A stretch of 64,000 nt of DNA from Bacteriovoracia bacterium (GTDB taxonomy: Bacteria; Bdellovibrionota; UBA1018; CAIPTA01): assembly GCA_050246755.1 (NCBI GenBank), contig JBFWVL010000001.1:1792001-1856000 (forward strand), written 5' to 3'. The stretch's first letter is position 1; the number at the start of each line of letters is the position of its first letter. The notes beneath the pieces were generated by a model, which did not search any database, was not told the DNA's origin, and worked only from the letters and a program-made list of their open reading frames with translations. Position numbers and translations under genes: made by a program. This document shows positions 1 to 9,425 of the stretch, piece after piece.

Positions 1-2
1 TT

Positions 3-686
3 TTGGGCGCCGAAATATTTTATCTCACCAACGAACAGTACTACGAGGGCATGACGGAGGTGCGAGCGATGATAGATTCGCAGATCCGTTCCACCGGTGG
101 CAGTTCGTATTTCATTCCGGAAGGCGGCTCGAACGGGCTCGGCTGCTTCGGCTACGCGGAAGCCTGGCGCGAAATCGAAAGCCAGCGCCAGGCCGGGGAA
201 ATCCTAGGGCTAAAAGAGCCGTTCGACTCCATCGTGGTGGCGCACGGAAGCGGGGGCACGCAGGCGGGCTTAATCCTCGGAAAATTAGCCGGCGGCCCGG
301 AAGCGCCCGATACCAGAATCGTGGGGGTGAACGTTTGCTATGGCGCCAAGGAAAGCTTCGGCTTGGTAAAAGACGCCCTTTGGCAGGCCATCCAGCAGTA
401 TCATTTTCCGCTCGCCTTCATGACCGAAGATATTGAAATGCTCGATGGATTCGTGGGCCGTGGCTACGCGCTCAGCACCAAGGAAGAATTGGTTTTCCTG
501 AAAAAAGTGGCCAGCGAAGAGGGCGTGCTCCTCGATCCGGTCTACACCGGCAAGGCATTCTACGGGATGTTCCACACGATTAAAAAAGATCCCTCCAAGC
601 TCGGGAAAAAAATTCTTTTCATCCATACCGGCGGCGCCTTCGGTTTGTTCAAAATGGAAGAAGAATGGCGCGAGGTTCTCGCATGA
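3..686 (+). CDS. D-cysteine desulfhydrase-like PLP enzyme (5' part outside window)
   Basis: Motifs IPEGGSN, GSGGTQAG, LDPVYTGKA and IHTGG. The YTGK (not YEGK) motif points to D-cysteine desulfhydrase rather than ACC deaminase. Confidence 0.8.
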   Translation: MGAEIFYLTNEQYYEGMTEVRAMIDSQIRSTGGSSYFIPEGGSNGLGCFGYAEAWREIESQRQAGEILGLKEPFDSIVVAHGSGGTQAGLILGKLAGGPEAPDTRIVGVNVCYGAKESFGLVKDALWQAIQQYHFPLAFMTEDIEMLDGFVGRGYALSTKEELVFLKKVASEEGVLLDPVYTGKAFYGMFHTIKKDPSKLGKKILFIHTGGAFGLFKMEEEWREVLA

Positions 687-1639
687 AGCAATTGGTGCTA
701 CCCCTGCTTTTATTTTTGCTTTCTCAGAGCGGGTGGGCAGCCAAATCCCAGTCCACGCTGGCGTACCAGAACTATACCCGCGGGGTGGAGCTGGCGTCGA
801 AAAAAAAATGGGCAGAGGCACTGGAGAAGTTTCAGTCGGCCATCGATTTGAATCCGGGCTACGTGGCCTCTTACTTGGAGTACGCGCGCACCGCCGTGAT
901 GATGGGCCACCGGAAAAGCGGCCTGCAGAAGCTGACCGCGGCCCTAGAATTTGCCCATAACCGGGAAGATCGCGAACGCGTGGCGAAGGAGCGCGATAAT
1001 CTTTCGGAAATTTTCTATACCAACGAAACGTTTCAGCTCTACCAGAACGGCTTGAACTACTTGAAGCTCGACCGGGCGAGCTCGGCGCTTGAGGCACTCG
1101 AGATGGCGCTAAAAACGGAGCCCGATAACGTGATGGTGCTCACCGCTTACGGACGTACCCTTCGCGAGCAGGACCGGGTGCGCGAAGCGCAGGAAGTTCT
1201 CGAGCGCGCCCTCGCGCTGAACGACGGCAAGCGCGAAGTAAGGATCGAGCTGGCAAATATTCTTCTACCCACCAAGCCGGAGCGCGCCCTGCTTCTCGTG
1301 CAGCCGCTCCTGGCGGGCCTCACCGATGAGCGGCTGGCTTTTATTCACGCACAGGGCCTCTCGGGCACGAAAAAAAACCGGGAAGCCATCGAGTTTTTAA
1401 AAAATTCCTATGAAAAGCAACCTTCCTGGACATTTGCCCCGCTCTGGCTGGGCCGTCTTTATGCCCAGGAGCCCGATGGAGGGTGGAACGCTCGGAAGTA
1501 TCTGATGATTTTTTTGCGTCGCACGGAAGTTGAGACCCAGGGCGCAACGGCCGATACGAGTCCAGAAGCCTTAAAAATCAAGGCGGCGCGGGCCGAGGCC
1601 GAAGCGATTTTGGCGCGCGTCAATCGCGCCCTCGAGTAA
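683..1639 (+). CDS. Secreted TPR-repeat protein
   Basis: Signal peptide MKQLVLPLLLFLL..GWA; TPR-like repeats (AIDLNPGY, ALKTEPDN); ATGA overlap with the upstream stop. Confidence 0.75.
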   Translation: MKQLVLPLLLFLLSQSGWAAKSQSTLAYQNYTRGVELASKKKWAEALEKFQSAIDLNPGYVASYLEYARTAVMMGHRKSGLQKLTAALEFAHNREDRERVAKERDNLSEIFYTNETFQLYQNGLNYLKLDRASSALEALEMALKTEPDNVMVLTAYGRTLREQDRVREAQEVLERALALNDGKREVRIELANILLPTKPERALLLVQPLLAGLTDERLAFIHAQGLSGTKKNREAIEFLKNSYEKQPSWTFAPLWLGRLYAQEPDGGWNARKYLMIFLRRTEVETQGATADTSPEALKIKAARAEAEAILARVNRALE

Positions 1640-1730
1640 AATTTTCCGCAACCTATTTCCTACAGTTTTCCGTGTGCATTTGCCTTGACCAAGCTTCTTG
1701 GCCTCGATACCAATATTGGGAGGGGAAATA

Positions 1731-2399
1731 ATGTCGGGAAAGCTATTCATCACGATTGCCGGAAATATCGGCACGGGAAAAACCACGCTCACGCGCATGC
1801 TTGCCGATCACTACGGTTGGAAGCCACACTTCGAATCGGTGGCCGACAATCCTTACCTGAAGGATTTCTACGGCGACATGGCTCGCTGGAGCTTTCCTCT
1901 TCAAATTTATTTTTTGAACCACCGCTATAAGACTCACCGCGAAGTGGGCTTCGGCAATAGCAGCTGCATCCAAGACCGCTCCATCTACGAAGATAGCCAT
2001 ATTTTCGCCCGTAATCTTTTCGAGGGCGGGAAGATGGAAGAGCGTGATTACCGCAATTATCTCGATCTCTATAATGAGATGATCAAGCACCTTTCGCCGC
2101 CGGATCTGATGATCTATTTGCGGAAGTCGGTTCCAAAATTGGTTAGCCAGATTCAGAAGCGTGGCCGTGATTTCGAACAAAATATTCCGGTAGACTACCT
2201 GACCTGCCTGAACCGTTTTTACGAAGACTGGATTGGGAATTATACTACGGGTCCCTTGCTCGTGATCGATACCGACGAGCTGGACTTCGTGGCGAAGCCG
2301 GAAGATTTCGATCTGATCGCTAAGCAGATCCTCGAAAAGCTGGACCAGCGCGAGCTCTTTCTTCCGCTCGCATCCTTGGCACGATCCGGTACCAGGTAA
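1731..2399 (+). CDS. Deoxynucleoside kinase (dNK family)
   Basis: IAGNIGTGKTT P-loop, DRSIYED, PPDLMIYL, RGRDFE. Confidence 0.9.
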   Translation: MSGKLFITIAGNIGTGKTTLTRMLADHYGWKPHFESVADNPYLKDFYGDMARWSFPLQIYFLNHRYKTHREVGFGNSSCIQDRSIYEDSHIFARNLFEGGKMEERDYRNYLDLYNEMIKHLSPPDLMIYLRKSVPKLVSQIQKRGRDFEQNIPVDYLTCLNRFYEDWIGNYTTGPLLVIDTDELDFVAKPEDFDLIAKQILEKLDQRELFLPLASLARSGTR

Positions 2400-2482
2400 A
2401 TCGAATTCATTTTTGATCTCGGCCACTTTTCCGTTACAATTAGGGAATATACGTTCTGCTGCGCTCACGGAGGAGATGCAAC

Positions 2483-3442
2483 ATGTTGCTGTCCAGACAG
2501 AAAATTTTATTGCTCGCGCTTTGCGCACTGCTTTCTACCGGCTACGGCTGCTCCAACTCGCAGACGGCTAGCGAAGGCGAACTAGCCGAAGGCTCCGTGC
2601 CTGATTCCCAGGCCGACAGCGTGGGCAGCATTCCCGAAGATCTTCTAGCTAGCGAAGAAAAAGGCCAGTCCACCGAGAATGCCGAATCTGCGGACCCTTT
2701 CTCCGATCTGCAGGAAGGTGAGAAGCACGAGGAAGCCGCCGTTGCTCCTCCCGCCGCCGGCGAATCCGAAGCCCCGATGTCGCTAATTGAAAACGGCGAC
2801 GAGAAAGCCGCCGAGGTCGAGCATTCCAGCGGTTCCGGCAATATGGAAACCTACACCGTAAAATCGGGCGATACCCTGATGAAGATTGCCTTCACGATCT
2901 ACGGAGACATCGATCGCTGGAAAGACCTTCAGGAATGGAATAGCGGCAAAATTAAAAAGGCCGCCGCGCTCCGCCGGGGGATGAAGCTGAAGTACGAGGC
3001 TCCGATGAGCGCATTCGAGCCCGAGCAGCACGCCCATACTTATACGATCAAGAAGGGCGATACCCTCGCCAATATCGCTGATGAAGTGTACGGCCGGAAA
3101 ATGAAATATAAGAAGCTGCAGAATTATAATTCGAAGCTGATTCGTAACCCCAACCGCATCTTCGCGGGCTTCACGATCTACTACGACATCACCGCCAAGG
3201 AAATCGCCGAGGCCGAAGCGCGCCGCCAAGAGCGTTTGGCCGCGAGCGGCGGCAGCGTAACGCCGGCTCCCACGAGCATGGTGCCCAGCGCGATTTCTCC
3301 TCCGGCCCAGGATTTCGCACCCACCGCGCCGGCCCCGATCGCGATCGCTCCCCAGCCGCTAACGCCCTCGAATAACGGCGCCGTGCCCGCGCCGGCTTCG
3401 ACGAACGAACTGGCGCCCCCGCCGCCCCCGATGAACCAGTAA
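2483..3442 (+). CDS. LysM peptidoglycan-binding lipoprotein
   Basis: Lipobox-like GYGC, acidic linker, two LysM repeats (YTVKSGDTLMKIA, YTIKKGDTLANIA), Pro/Ala-rich tail; GGAGG SD upstream. Confidence 0.85.
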   Translation: MLLSRQKILLLALCALLSTGYGCSNSQTASEGELAEGSVPDSQADSVGSIPEDLLASEEKGQSTENAESADPFSDLQEGEKHEEAAVAPPAAGESEAPMSLIENGDEKAAEVEHSSGSGNMETYTVKSGDTLMKIAFTIYGDIDRWKDLQEWNSGKIKKAAALRRGMKLKYEAPMSAFEPEQHAHTYTIKKGDTLANIADEVYGRKMKYKKLQNYNSKLIRNPNRIFAGFTIYYDITAKEIAEAEARRQERLAASGGSVTPAPTSMVPSAISPPAQDFAPTAPAPIAIAPQPLTPSNNGAVPAPASTNELAPPPPPMNQ

Positions 3443-3462
3443 GCTATCCTTGAAGACAAAAG

Positions 3463-3497
3463 AAAAAGGACCACGTTTCGCAACGTAGTCCTTTTTT
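3463..3497. terminator. Bidirectional intrinsic terminator
   Basis: AAAAAGGACCACGTT-TCGC-AACGTAGTCCTTTTTT hairpin between convergent genes. Confidence 0.75.
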
Positions 3498-3524
3498 GTT
3501 TTCCGCTGAAGAAAACCGGAGAGC

Positions 3525-4100
3525 CTAGCGGCCGCCGAATTTCGTGAGCTTAAGGGTCATGGTGATTTGGGCTTCGATGATCTGCTGAGCAGCGCCGTCG
3601 AGGGCGATGTCACGGGGATTCATCCAAACTTGGATCTTCTGGCCTTTTTCGTCTTTCGCCGTGATGTGAACGGTTTCGAAAGTGCCGGCAGGAACGGTGA
3701 TCGAAGCGGTTTCTTGATCGATGATCTCGAGTTTCGAATCAGGGATCTGCTGGGGTTTGCCGTCTTGCTTGAGCTCAACGATTTTCGCCGTAGCGCGGTC
3801 CATTTTCGCTTCTACCAAGTGCTTGCCGATCAAGCTGCCATCCATTTGCTGGTTGAGCCAGATGAAGTTTCCTTCTTCGCTAGCAACCACTTTGTGGATG
3901 GTGCCCAATGGCATGCCGAAACCTTCGATATTCATGTCGCTGTATTCGCCCACTTTCCAGTTGATCACGTTGAGGGCAGAAGGGCCGGTAAGTTGCGAAA
4001 GGGCGATCTGACGTACGAGCGCGTCCACGTCGCTATTGGCTTGAGCTACGCCGAAGGTAGCCAAGAGTCCGGCAAGCATTGCCAAAGTAAGTTTTTTCAT
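3525..4100 (-). CDS. Secreted hypothetical protein (VPAGTF motif, DUF3108-like)
   Basis: AGGAGG SD before ATG 4100; signal peptide MKKLTLAMLAGLLATFGVAQA; ITVPAGTF motif. Confidence 0.7.
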   Translation of the reverse strand: MKKLTLAMLAGLLATFGVAQANSDVDALVRQIALSQLTGPSALNVINWKVGEYSDMNIEGFGMPLGTIHKVVASEEGNFIWLNQQMDGSLIGKHLVEAKMDRATAKIVELKQDGKPQQIPDSKLEIIDQETASITVPAGTFETVHITAKDEKGQKIQVWMNPRDIALDGAAQQIIEAQITMTLKLTKFGGR

Positions 4101-4229
4101 AAATCTCCTCCTAGTTAAGTTGTACCCGAGAGAGTGTAAGCAGGCTTTTTTGGGAAAACAACGGATCTCTTCTGCACTTTGCTCTAACGCAAGGCGATAG
4201 TTGCTTTTCGTATGTATAATTGAAGGACG

Positions 4230-5054
4230 ATGCGAACCCTTGTTCTCTCTATGATTTTTGCGTTTCTTGCTTCCTGCTCCACGCAGCAGTCGGAGCAGGA
4301 CGGCGGCAATCTGACGCGAAGCGAAGTGGAACTTCTTTCCCACCGGATGTCGGAGGCCATAGAGCAGGAATTTCCTCTTCTTCAGCACAAAGTGGTGAAT
4401 CGCTACGTGAACACTCTCGGGCAGTCCTTGATCTCGCGCGCCGCGAATATGCCTCCGCTTCCCTATGAGTTCCGCGTGCTCAAGACGAACGAGATGCTAG
4501 CCTTCTCTCTTCCGGGCGGAGTTGTTTACCTCTCGCTCGGGATGCTGAGAAACGTTACCTCGGAGGGGGAGCTAGCCTCCGCGCTCGCCCACGAGTTGGC
4601 CCACCAGCAACTCAGCCACCAGCTGATGCAGTGGCGCCGCCGGGTGAATAGCAATCGTGGGGAACATTACCTCCTCGACTTCAGCGGTGACTGGCGCGAG
4701 CGTTTTCTCGGCAAGGGCGGAGCCCTCGAGCTGACGCCGGGAATGGAACAAGAGGCCGACGAGCTGGCTCCGTTGCTTCTCTACCAGGCTCACATCGAGC
4801 CCCGTATTTATCTTTCCTATCTTCAGTTGCTCAAGCGCAAGGAACAGACCGAACTCAGCGAGGTGGCGGGTATGATCCGCACGCATCCTCCGCTCAACGA
4901 TCGGATCAATTGGTCCAAGGCCGCAATGGCGAAACTTCCGCCGCTCAAGGATCCGGCGGGTTCTTCCTCTTCGTTTCAGCAGGTGAAAAGCCTGCTGCGG
5001 GAAACCGCCAAAAAGAACGAGAAAGCCGCACCGGGAAAGGGCAAACAAGAATGA
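4230..5054 (+). CDS. M48-family zinc metallopeptidase lipoprotein
   Basis: Lipobox LASC; AFSLPGG, HELAH, EQEAD and THP motifs. Confidence 0.85.
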   Translation: MRTLVLSMIFAFLASCSTQQSEQDGGNLTRSEVELLSHRMSEAIEQEFPLLQHKVVNRYVNTLGQSLISRAANMPPLPYEFRVLKTNEMLAFSLPGGVVYLSLGMLRNVTSEGELASALAHELAHQQLSHQLMQWRRRVNSNRGEHYLLDFSGDWRERFLGKGGALELTPGMEQEADELAPLLLYQAHIEPRIYLSYLQLLKRKEQTELSEVAGMIRTHPPLNDRINWSKAAMAKLPPLKDPAGSSSSFQQVKSLLRETAKKNEKAAPGKGKQE

Positions 5055-6058
5055 GCCAAAACTTACTGAACCAGGCCCACGCCTTGATCCAGGTGGATAA
5101 TCTCACCGATCCGCAATGCCAGATTCATAAATTGGCGGGAGACGCCTCGCTCCGCCGCTACTACCGCCTCCGCACCCCCGAAAATACTTTCATCCTCATG
5201 CTGATCGAGCCTTTCGACGCCGCCAAAAATGATTTTTTGCTCGTGCGCGCGCACCTCGAAAAATGCGAAGTGCCCGTGCCCCGCCTGCTTGCGGTGGATG
5301 CGGCCAAGGGCGCGATCCTCCTCGAGGATTTAGGCGATTGCACCATGCTTCACCGGCTCGGAGATAAAAATGAACCCGAAGCCGAGCAGGGATTGTTCCG
5401 TGAATCTTTGGATCTGCTCGCAAAATTTCATTCCAATACCAGGGCTAAGCCGGGAACCCAACCCACGCCGGGCTACGCGCTCGCGTTCGACGAACCCAAA
5501 CTGATGTGGGAGGTGGATTTCGCGCTCGAGCATCTTTTCGGTAGCTACCTAAAGCGCCAGATTCCCGAAAAAGAATTCCGCGTGATCCGTGAGTCCTTTG
5601 TGGATATCTGCCGCCGTCTCGCCGCCGAACCCCGAGTTTTCACGCATCGCGATTACCATAGCCGCAATATTATGATTCCCGATCGCGGGGGAATGGTGTG
5701 CATCGATTTTCAGGATGCGCGCATGGGCCTGCGGGCCTATGATCTCGCCTCCATTCTTCGCGATTCCTACTATCAGCTGAGTGAAGAGCGCGTATACGAT
5801 CTCGTGAATTACTATTGCGGCTTAGCCGATAAGGACGAAATCATCGACCGCCGGCACTTCGTGCAGGTTTTCGATCTCATGAGCATCCAGCGAAATTTCA
5901 AGGCGATCGGCAGCTTCACTTCCTTCTACGGCAAGCGCAACGACGCGAGCTATATCCGCTTCGTGGGCAATACCTTCGAAAATATCCGCCGCAATCTCGC
6001 GAAATTCCCGGAATACCGCGAACTGCGCAAATTACTTTTTCAGTACTACTACTTTTAG
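5051..6058 (+). CDS. amgK: AmgK-like MurNAc/GlcNAc anomeric kinase (APH family)
   Basis: LAGDASLRRYYR, LEDLGD, HRDYHSRN, DFQDA, YDLASILRD; adjacent to a MurU-like gene. Confidence 0.75.
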   Translation: MSQNLLNQAHALIQVDNLTDPQCQIHKLAGDASLRRYYRLRTPENTFILMLIEPFDAAKNDFLLVRAHLEKCEVPVPRLLAVDAAKGAILLEDLGDCTMLHRLGDKNEPEAEQGLFRESLDLLAKFHSNTRAKPGTQPTPGYALAFDEPKLMWEVDFALEHLFGSYLKRQIPEKEFRVIRESFVDICRRLAAEPRVFTHRDYHSRNIMIPDRGGMVCIDFQDARMGLRAYDLASILRDSYYQLSEERVYDLVNYYCGLADKDEIIDRRHFVQVFDLMSIQRNFKAIGSFTSFYGKRNDASYIRFVGNTFENIRRNLAKFPEYRELRKLLFQYYYF

Positions 6059-6066
6059 GGGTTGGG

Positions 6067-6789
6067 ATGCGTGCTCTGATCATGGCCGCAGGACTCGGTA
6101 CCCGGCTTAGACCGCTCACCGATCATTCTCCGAAGCCGCTCGTGCCCGTGCTCGGCCGTCCCATGGTGGAATATGTCCTCGAGGTGCTCGCTCAGCATGG
6201 CTACCCCGAAACGCTGATGAACGTGCATTACTTGCCGGAAAAAATGCGTGCCTTCGCCGAGCAGTGGAATTCAGCGGGCAAGGCCCCACGTATCGAACTC
6301 CAGGATGAGACCAATGAGATCCTCGGTAGCGGCGGAGCCCTCGCCAAAGCCCAGGCCTGGCTTTTCGAGAAGGATTCTACTGCGCTCATCTGCAATGCCG
6401 ACGTGATCGCGCGGCCTAATTTGGATGCCTTGCTGAAGGCGCACCAAAATGCGGGGGCCGAATGCACCATGGCGCTCACTCCGCATCCTGAAGCCGGCAG
6501 GAAGTACAACGGCGTGATCTTGGAAAACGGCCTGGTAAAGGGATTTTCCCAGCCCGGCACTCCTGATCCCAAGCTGCTGCATTTTTTTGGCTACTACCTG
6601 ATAAATAAGAGCTGTATGGCTCGTCTCGCGCCTGCCGGCCAGAAAAGCAATATCCTGGAAGACGTATGGAAGCCGCTCATGAAAGTGGGCAAGCTCGGCG
6701 GCTGGAAATACGAAGATTATTACTTGGATTTAGGCACGCCCGAAGACCTTCGCGAAGCGGAAGCTTTTCTTAAAAACCAGAATCGCTGA
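6067..6789 (+). CDS. murU: MurU-like nucleotidyltransferase
   Basis: MAAGLGTRLRPLT..PKPL, NAD, DLGTP; follows the amgK-like gene. Confidence 0.7.
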   Translation: MRALIMAAGLGTRLRPLTDHSPKPLVPVLGRPMVEYVLEVLAQHGYPETLMNVHYLPEKMRAFAEQWNSAGKAPRIELQDETNEILGSGGALAKAQAWLFEKDSTALICNADVIARPNLDALLKAHQNAGAECTMALTPHPEAGRKYNGVILENGLVKGFSQPGTPDPKLLHFFGYYLINKSCMARLAPAGQKSNILEDVWKPLMKVGKLGGWKYEDYYLDLGTPEDLREAEAFLKNQNR

Positions 6790-7924
6790 CGGGATCGCGG
6801 AATCCTGAGTCGGCTTTCGCGCCGTCCAGCAACCCCAGCGCGGTGGGCAGAGCGTTCTGCGGCTTTCCCGCCGGTGCCAGCCACGTAGATCCTTCCGGCA
6901 CGATGCTTTCGCGCAGGTTATTTTTGGGCCGGTAGGCTGAATCGAGCGAAAGCAAATTCACGATCGGAAAACCCTGCCCCAGGGGCGGGCTGCGCTCGAG
7001 GTTTTCCCGGTACACGCGATAAGCATCCGCCTTTGCCTCCGCGGCCGAAGCGGCCACCGGATCCAGGGCCAAGCTTGCGGGGGCGCGGGTCTCGGCCGGG
7101 GCTTCGCCGTATAATTTTCCGTTCAGGTTCACCCAGCCCCTGATCTCCATTTTTTTCCGGAGGCCGGGATAAAGATCGAGCGCACGGTAGATCACGCCGC
7201 CGGCCTGGTTCTGGCTGAAGAGAACGATTTTCTTTTCGTTGCGCTGGGAGAGTGCCTGCACCAGTTCGGTGGCCTGATCGTCGGCGCTGGAGAAAGGCGT
7301 GATATCGAGTGATTCCAGGGCATAGCCTGCTTTCGCCAGCTGCTTTTGCCATTCCAGCATTTCTTTCTGGGCGGCAGTTTTATGCTTCAAGGAGTCTTCG
7401 AGAGTAACGGTTCGCACCCAGAGAACCTTTTGCTTTTCTGGAGCAGGGTTGATCGGCAGTGCTGGTAAATCCCGCGCCGCGAATACCACCTTAAAGAACG
7501 CTTCCTCGGTTTTCTTGCCGAACCATTCGTTCACGGCTTCCCAGTCTACGAGAGAAAAGAGATTGGCCTGAGGAAAGGCGGCCACGAGAAAATCGAGACC
7601 CTCTTTGTCCACGGCGAGATCGGAGGCCTTTTTCTTTTTCGTCACTTGCAGCACGCGCGCTCTTTGCCAGGCGGAAAACGATGTATCTTCGGCGTGAGCT
7701 AGATCGTAAAAGTGGATACGCGCCTGGGTTAAATCGGCCGCCACTTTTTGGGCGGCGGCGGGAAGCTTTTCTTCCTTGATCCCGGAGTAGGAGAGGAGGG
7801 CCTGCTCCCGCTCCAGGCGGCGCATTTTGCTGTAGGCTATAAAGGCGTCACGGAACGGGGTACTGGCTTCCGCGTGTAAGCTGAAGAGAGAGGCTAGGAG
7901 AAGGAGAACGAGTGCCCGTGTCAT
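6770..7924 (-). CDS. Secreted hypothetical protein
   Basis: 384-aa ORF with signal peptide (..SLHAEA); contains RAPAS motif. Confidence 0.65.
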   Translation of the reverse strand: MTRALVLLLLASLFSLHAEASTPFRDAFIAYSKMRRLEREQALLSYSGIKEEKLPAAAQKVAADLTQARIHFYDLAHAEDTSFSAWQRARVLQVTKKKKASDLAVDKEGLDFLVAAFPQANLFSLVDWEAVNEWFGKKTEEAFFKVVFAARDLPALPINPAPEKQKVLWVRTVTLEDSLKHKTAAQKEMLEWQKQLAKAGYALESLDITPFSSADDQATELVQALSQRNEKKIVLFSQNQAGGVIYRALDLYPGLRKKMEIRGWVNLNGKLYGEAPAETRAPASLALDPVAASAAEAKADAYRVYRENLERSPPLGQGFPIVNLLSLDSAYRPKNNLRESIVPEGSTWLAPAGKPQNALPTALGLLDGAKADSGFRDPVSDSGF

Positions 7925-7932
7925 ATACGAGC

Positions 7933-7960
7933 TCTTCGGTCTAATTTCCGATCAAATTAA
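7933..7960 (-). promoter_or_regulatory. Sigma28/FliA-like promoter candidate
   Basis: TTAA-N16-ACCGAAGA, 8 nt before ATG 7924. Confidence 0.4.
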
Positions 7961-7993
7961 TATGTTATTTACTATTTAGAAAAGCCTGTAAAA

Positions 7994-8266
7994 TTATAGG
8001 CTTGGGTGCTGGGGGTTTTTAGAGAGCTTCTTTTGGCGCTTGGTTTCAGGCTTTACCACCTCATAGGCGATGGTTTTCGCGTTCTGGGCCACGCGCTGGC
8101 CGAGCAGAAAGGCACGAGCGGGAAATTCTTCGCTCTTTTCCAAGATGGCTACACGCTTAGCCTGTTGGATGGCGCGACCAATCTCTTCGAAGGGCTGTTG
8201 CTGTTCCACGGAAGCAAAAGCCGATCCGGCCACTAGACTTGAGAGTAAGAGAGTTTGGTAAAGCAT
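7994..8266 (-). CDS. Small secreted hypothetical protein
   Basis: GAGGA SD; signal peptide MLYQTLLLSSLVAGSAFA. Confidence 0.55.
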   Translation of the reverse strand: MLYQTLLLSSLVAGSAFASVEQQQPFEEIGRAIQQAKRVAILEKSEEFPARAFLLGQRVAQNAKTIAYEVVKPETKRQKKLSKNPQHPSL

Positions 8267-8322
8267 GCTGATCCTCATCTTTGCCGCGAGGCACTTACTA
8301 AAGTTTCCCACGGGAACCGTCT

Positions 8323-8351
8323 TTGACGCAATTCTTTCCCCTTGTTATAGA
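8323..8351 (+). promoter_or_regulatory. Sigma70-like promoter (leaderless epmA)
   Basis: TTGACG-N17-TATAGA, 6 nt before GTG 8358. Confidence 0.5.
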
Positions 8352-8357
8352 GCATAG

Positions 8358-9425
8358 GTGCCCACTCGTAAAGCCCCCGCCACGCGACGCGTTAACTTTT
8401 CTCATAAGAAAGCCTTCCTTCTGCGGAGGGAGAAGATTATCCGATCAATTAGATCTGTTTTTATGGGCCAGGATTTCCTTGAAGTACAAACCCCGGCCCT
8501 GCAGGTTTCCCCTGGTTTGGAGCCTCATCTGCAGGCATTCCGCACGGAATTGAAAGACCCGCGGGGTAATCGCACTTCCACGCGCTACCTTCACACGTCA
8601 CCGGAATTTGCGATGAAGAAGCTCCTCGCGTCGGGCCTAGAACGGATTTATCAAATCGCTCAGGTCTACCGGAACCAGGAGAGATCCAGCACCCATCACC
8701 CGGAATTCTCCATGCTCGAGTGGTATCGGGTGGGTCAGCCCTACACGATACTTATGGAGGACTGTGAGGGACTCCTGCGAGCGTGTAAAGATGCAGCGGG
8801 GGGCGATTCCTTGCTTACCTGGAAAGGGGTAAAATCCGATCCGTTTTTGCCCTTTGAGCGCCTCAGCGTTCAGCAAGCTTTCGTCCGCTACGCGGAAACG
8901 GATCTTTTGGGCTCGATTTCTGACCCCCTTCAACCATCCCCTGAGCTATTGCGCGCAAGTTGCCGGAAGTTGGGCATTCATTGTGTTGAGAGCGATTCCT
9001 GGGAAGACCTCTTCTTCCGGATTTTTCTCGAAAAGATCGAACCGAAGCTGGGAATTGGCCGACCCACGATCCTCTACGACTACCCAATCTCGATGGCGGC
9101 CCTCGCGCGGCCGAAAGCTTCCGATCCGAAACTGGCGGAACGCTTCGAGCTCTACGTTTGTGGGCTCGAGCTGGCCAATGCCTTTGGCGAGCTTACGGAT
9201 GTGAAGGCCCAGCGGGCTAGGTTCGAATCCGACATGGATAAGAAGCAACGCCTCTATGGCGAGCGCTATCCGATCGACGAAGATTTCCTTCAGGCCCTCG
9301 AAGAGGGCTTGCCCGAAAGCTCTGGAATTGCCCTCGGCGTGGATCGCCTGGTGATGCTTTGCACGGGGGCGGAGCATATCGAGGATGTGCTTTGGTTGCC
9401 GGTGGCGGAGCCGGATTCTAATTAG
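8358..9425 (+). CDS. epmA: EF-P beta-lysine ligase EpmA (GenX/PoxA)
   Basis: LysRS catalytic core without anticodon domain: YLHTSPEFAMKKLLA, HHPEFSMLEWYR, ERFELY, ELANAF, GIALGVDRL. Confidence 0.9.
   Translation: MPTRKAPATRRVNFSHKKAFLLRREKIIRSIRSVFMGQDFLEVQTPALQVSPGLEPHLQAFRTELKDPRGNRTSTRYLHTSPEFAMKKLLASGLERIYQIAQVYRNQERSSTHHPEFSMLEWYRVGQPYTILMEDCEGLLRACKDAAGGDSLLTWKGVKSDPFLPFERLSVQQAFVRYAETDLLGSISDPLQPSPELLRASCRKLGIHCVESDSWEDLFFRIFLEKIEPKLGIGRPTILYDYPISMAALARPKASDPKLAERFELYVCGLELANAFGELTDVKAQRARFESDMDKKQRLYGERYPIDEDFLQALEEGLPESSGIALGVDRLVMLCTGAEHIEDVLWLPVAEPDSN

Noticed and set aside
3-686. ACC deaminase
   Set aside because: Has YTGK rather than the diagnostic YEGK.
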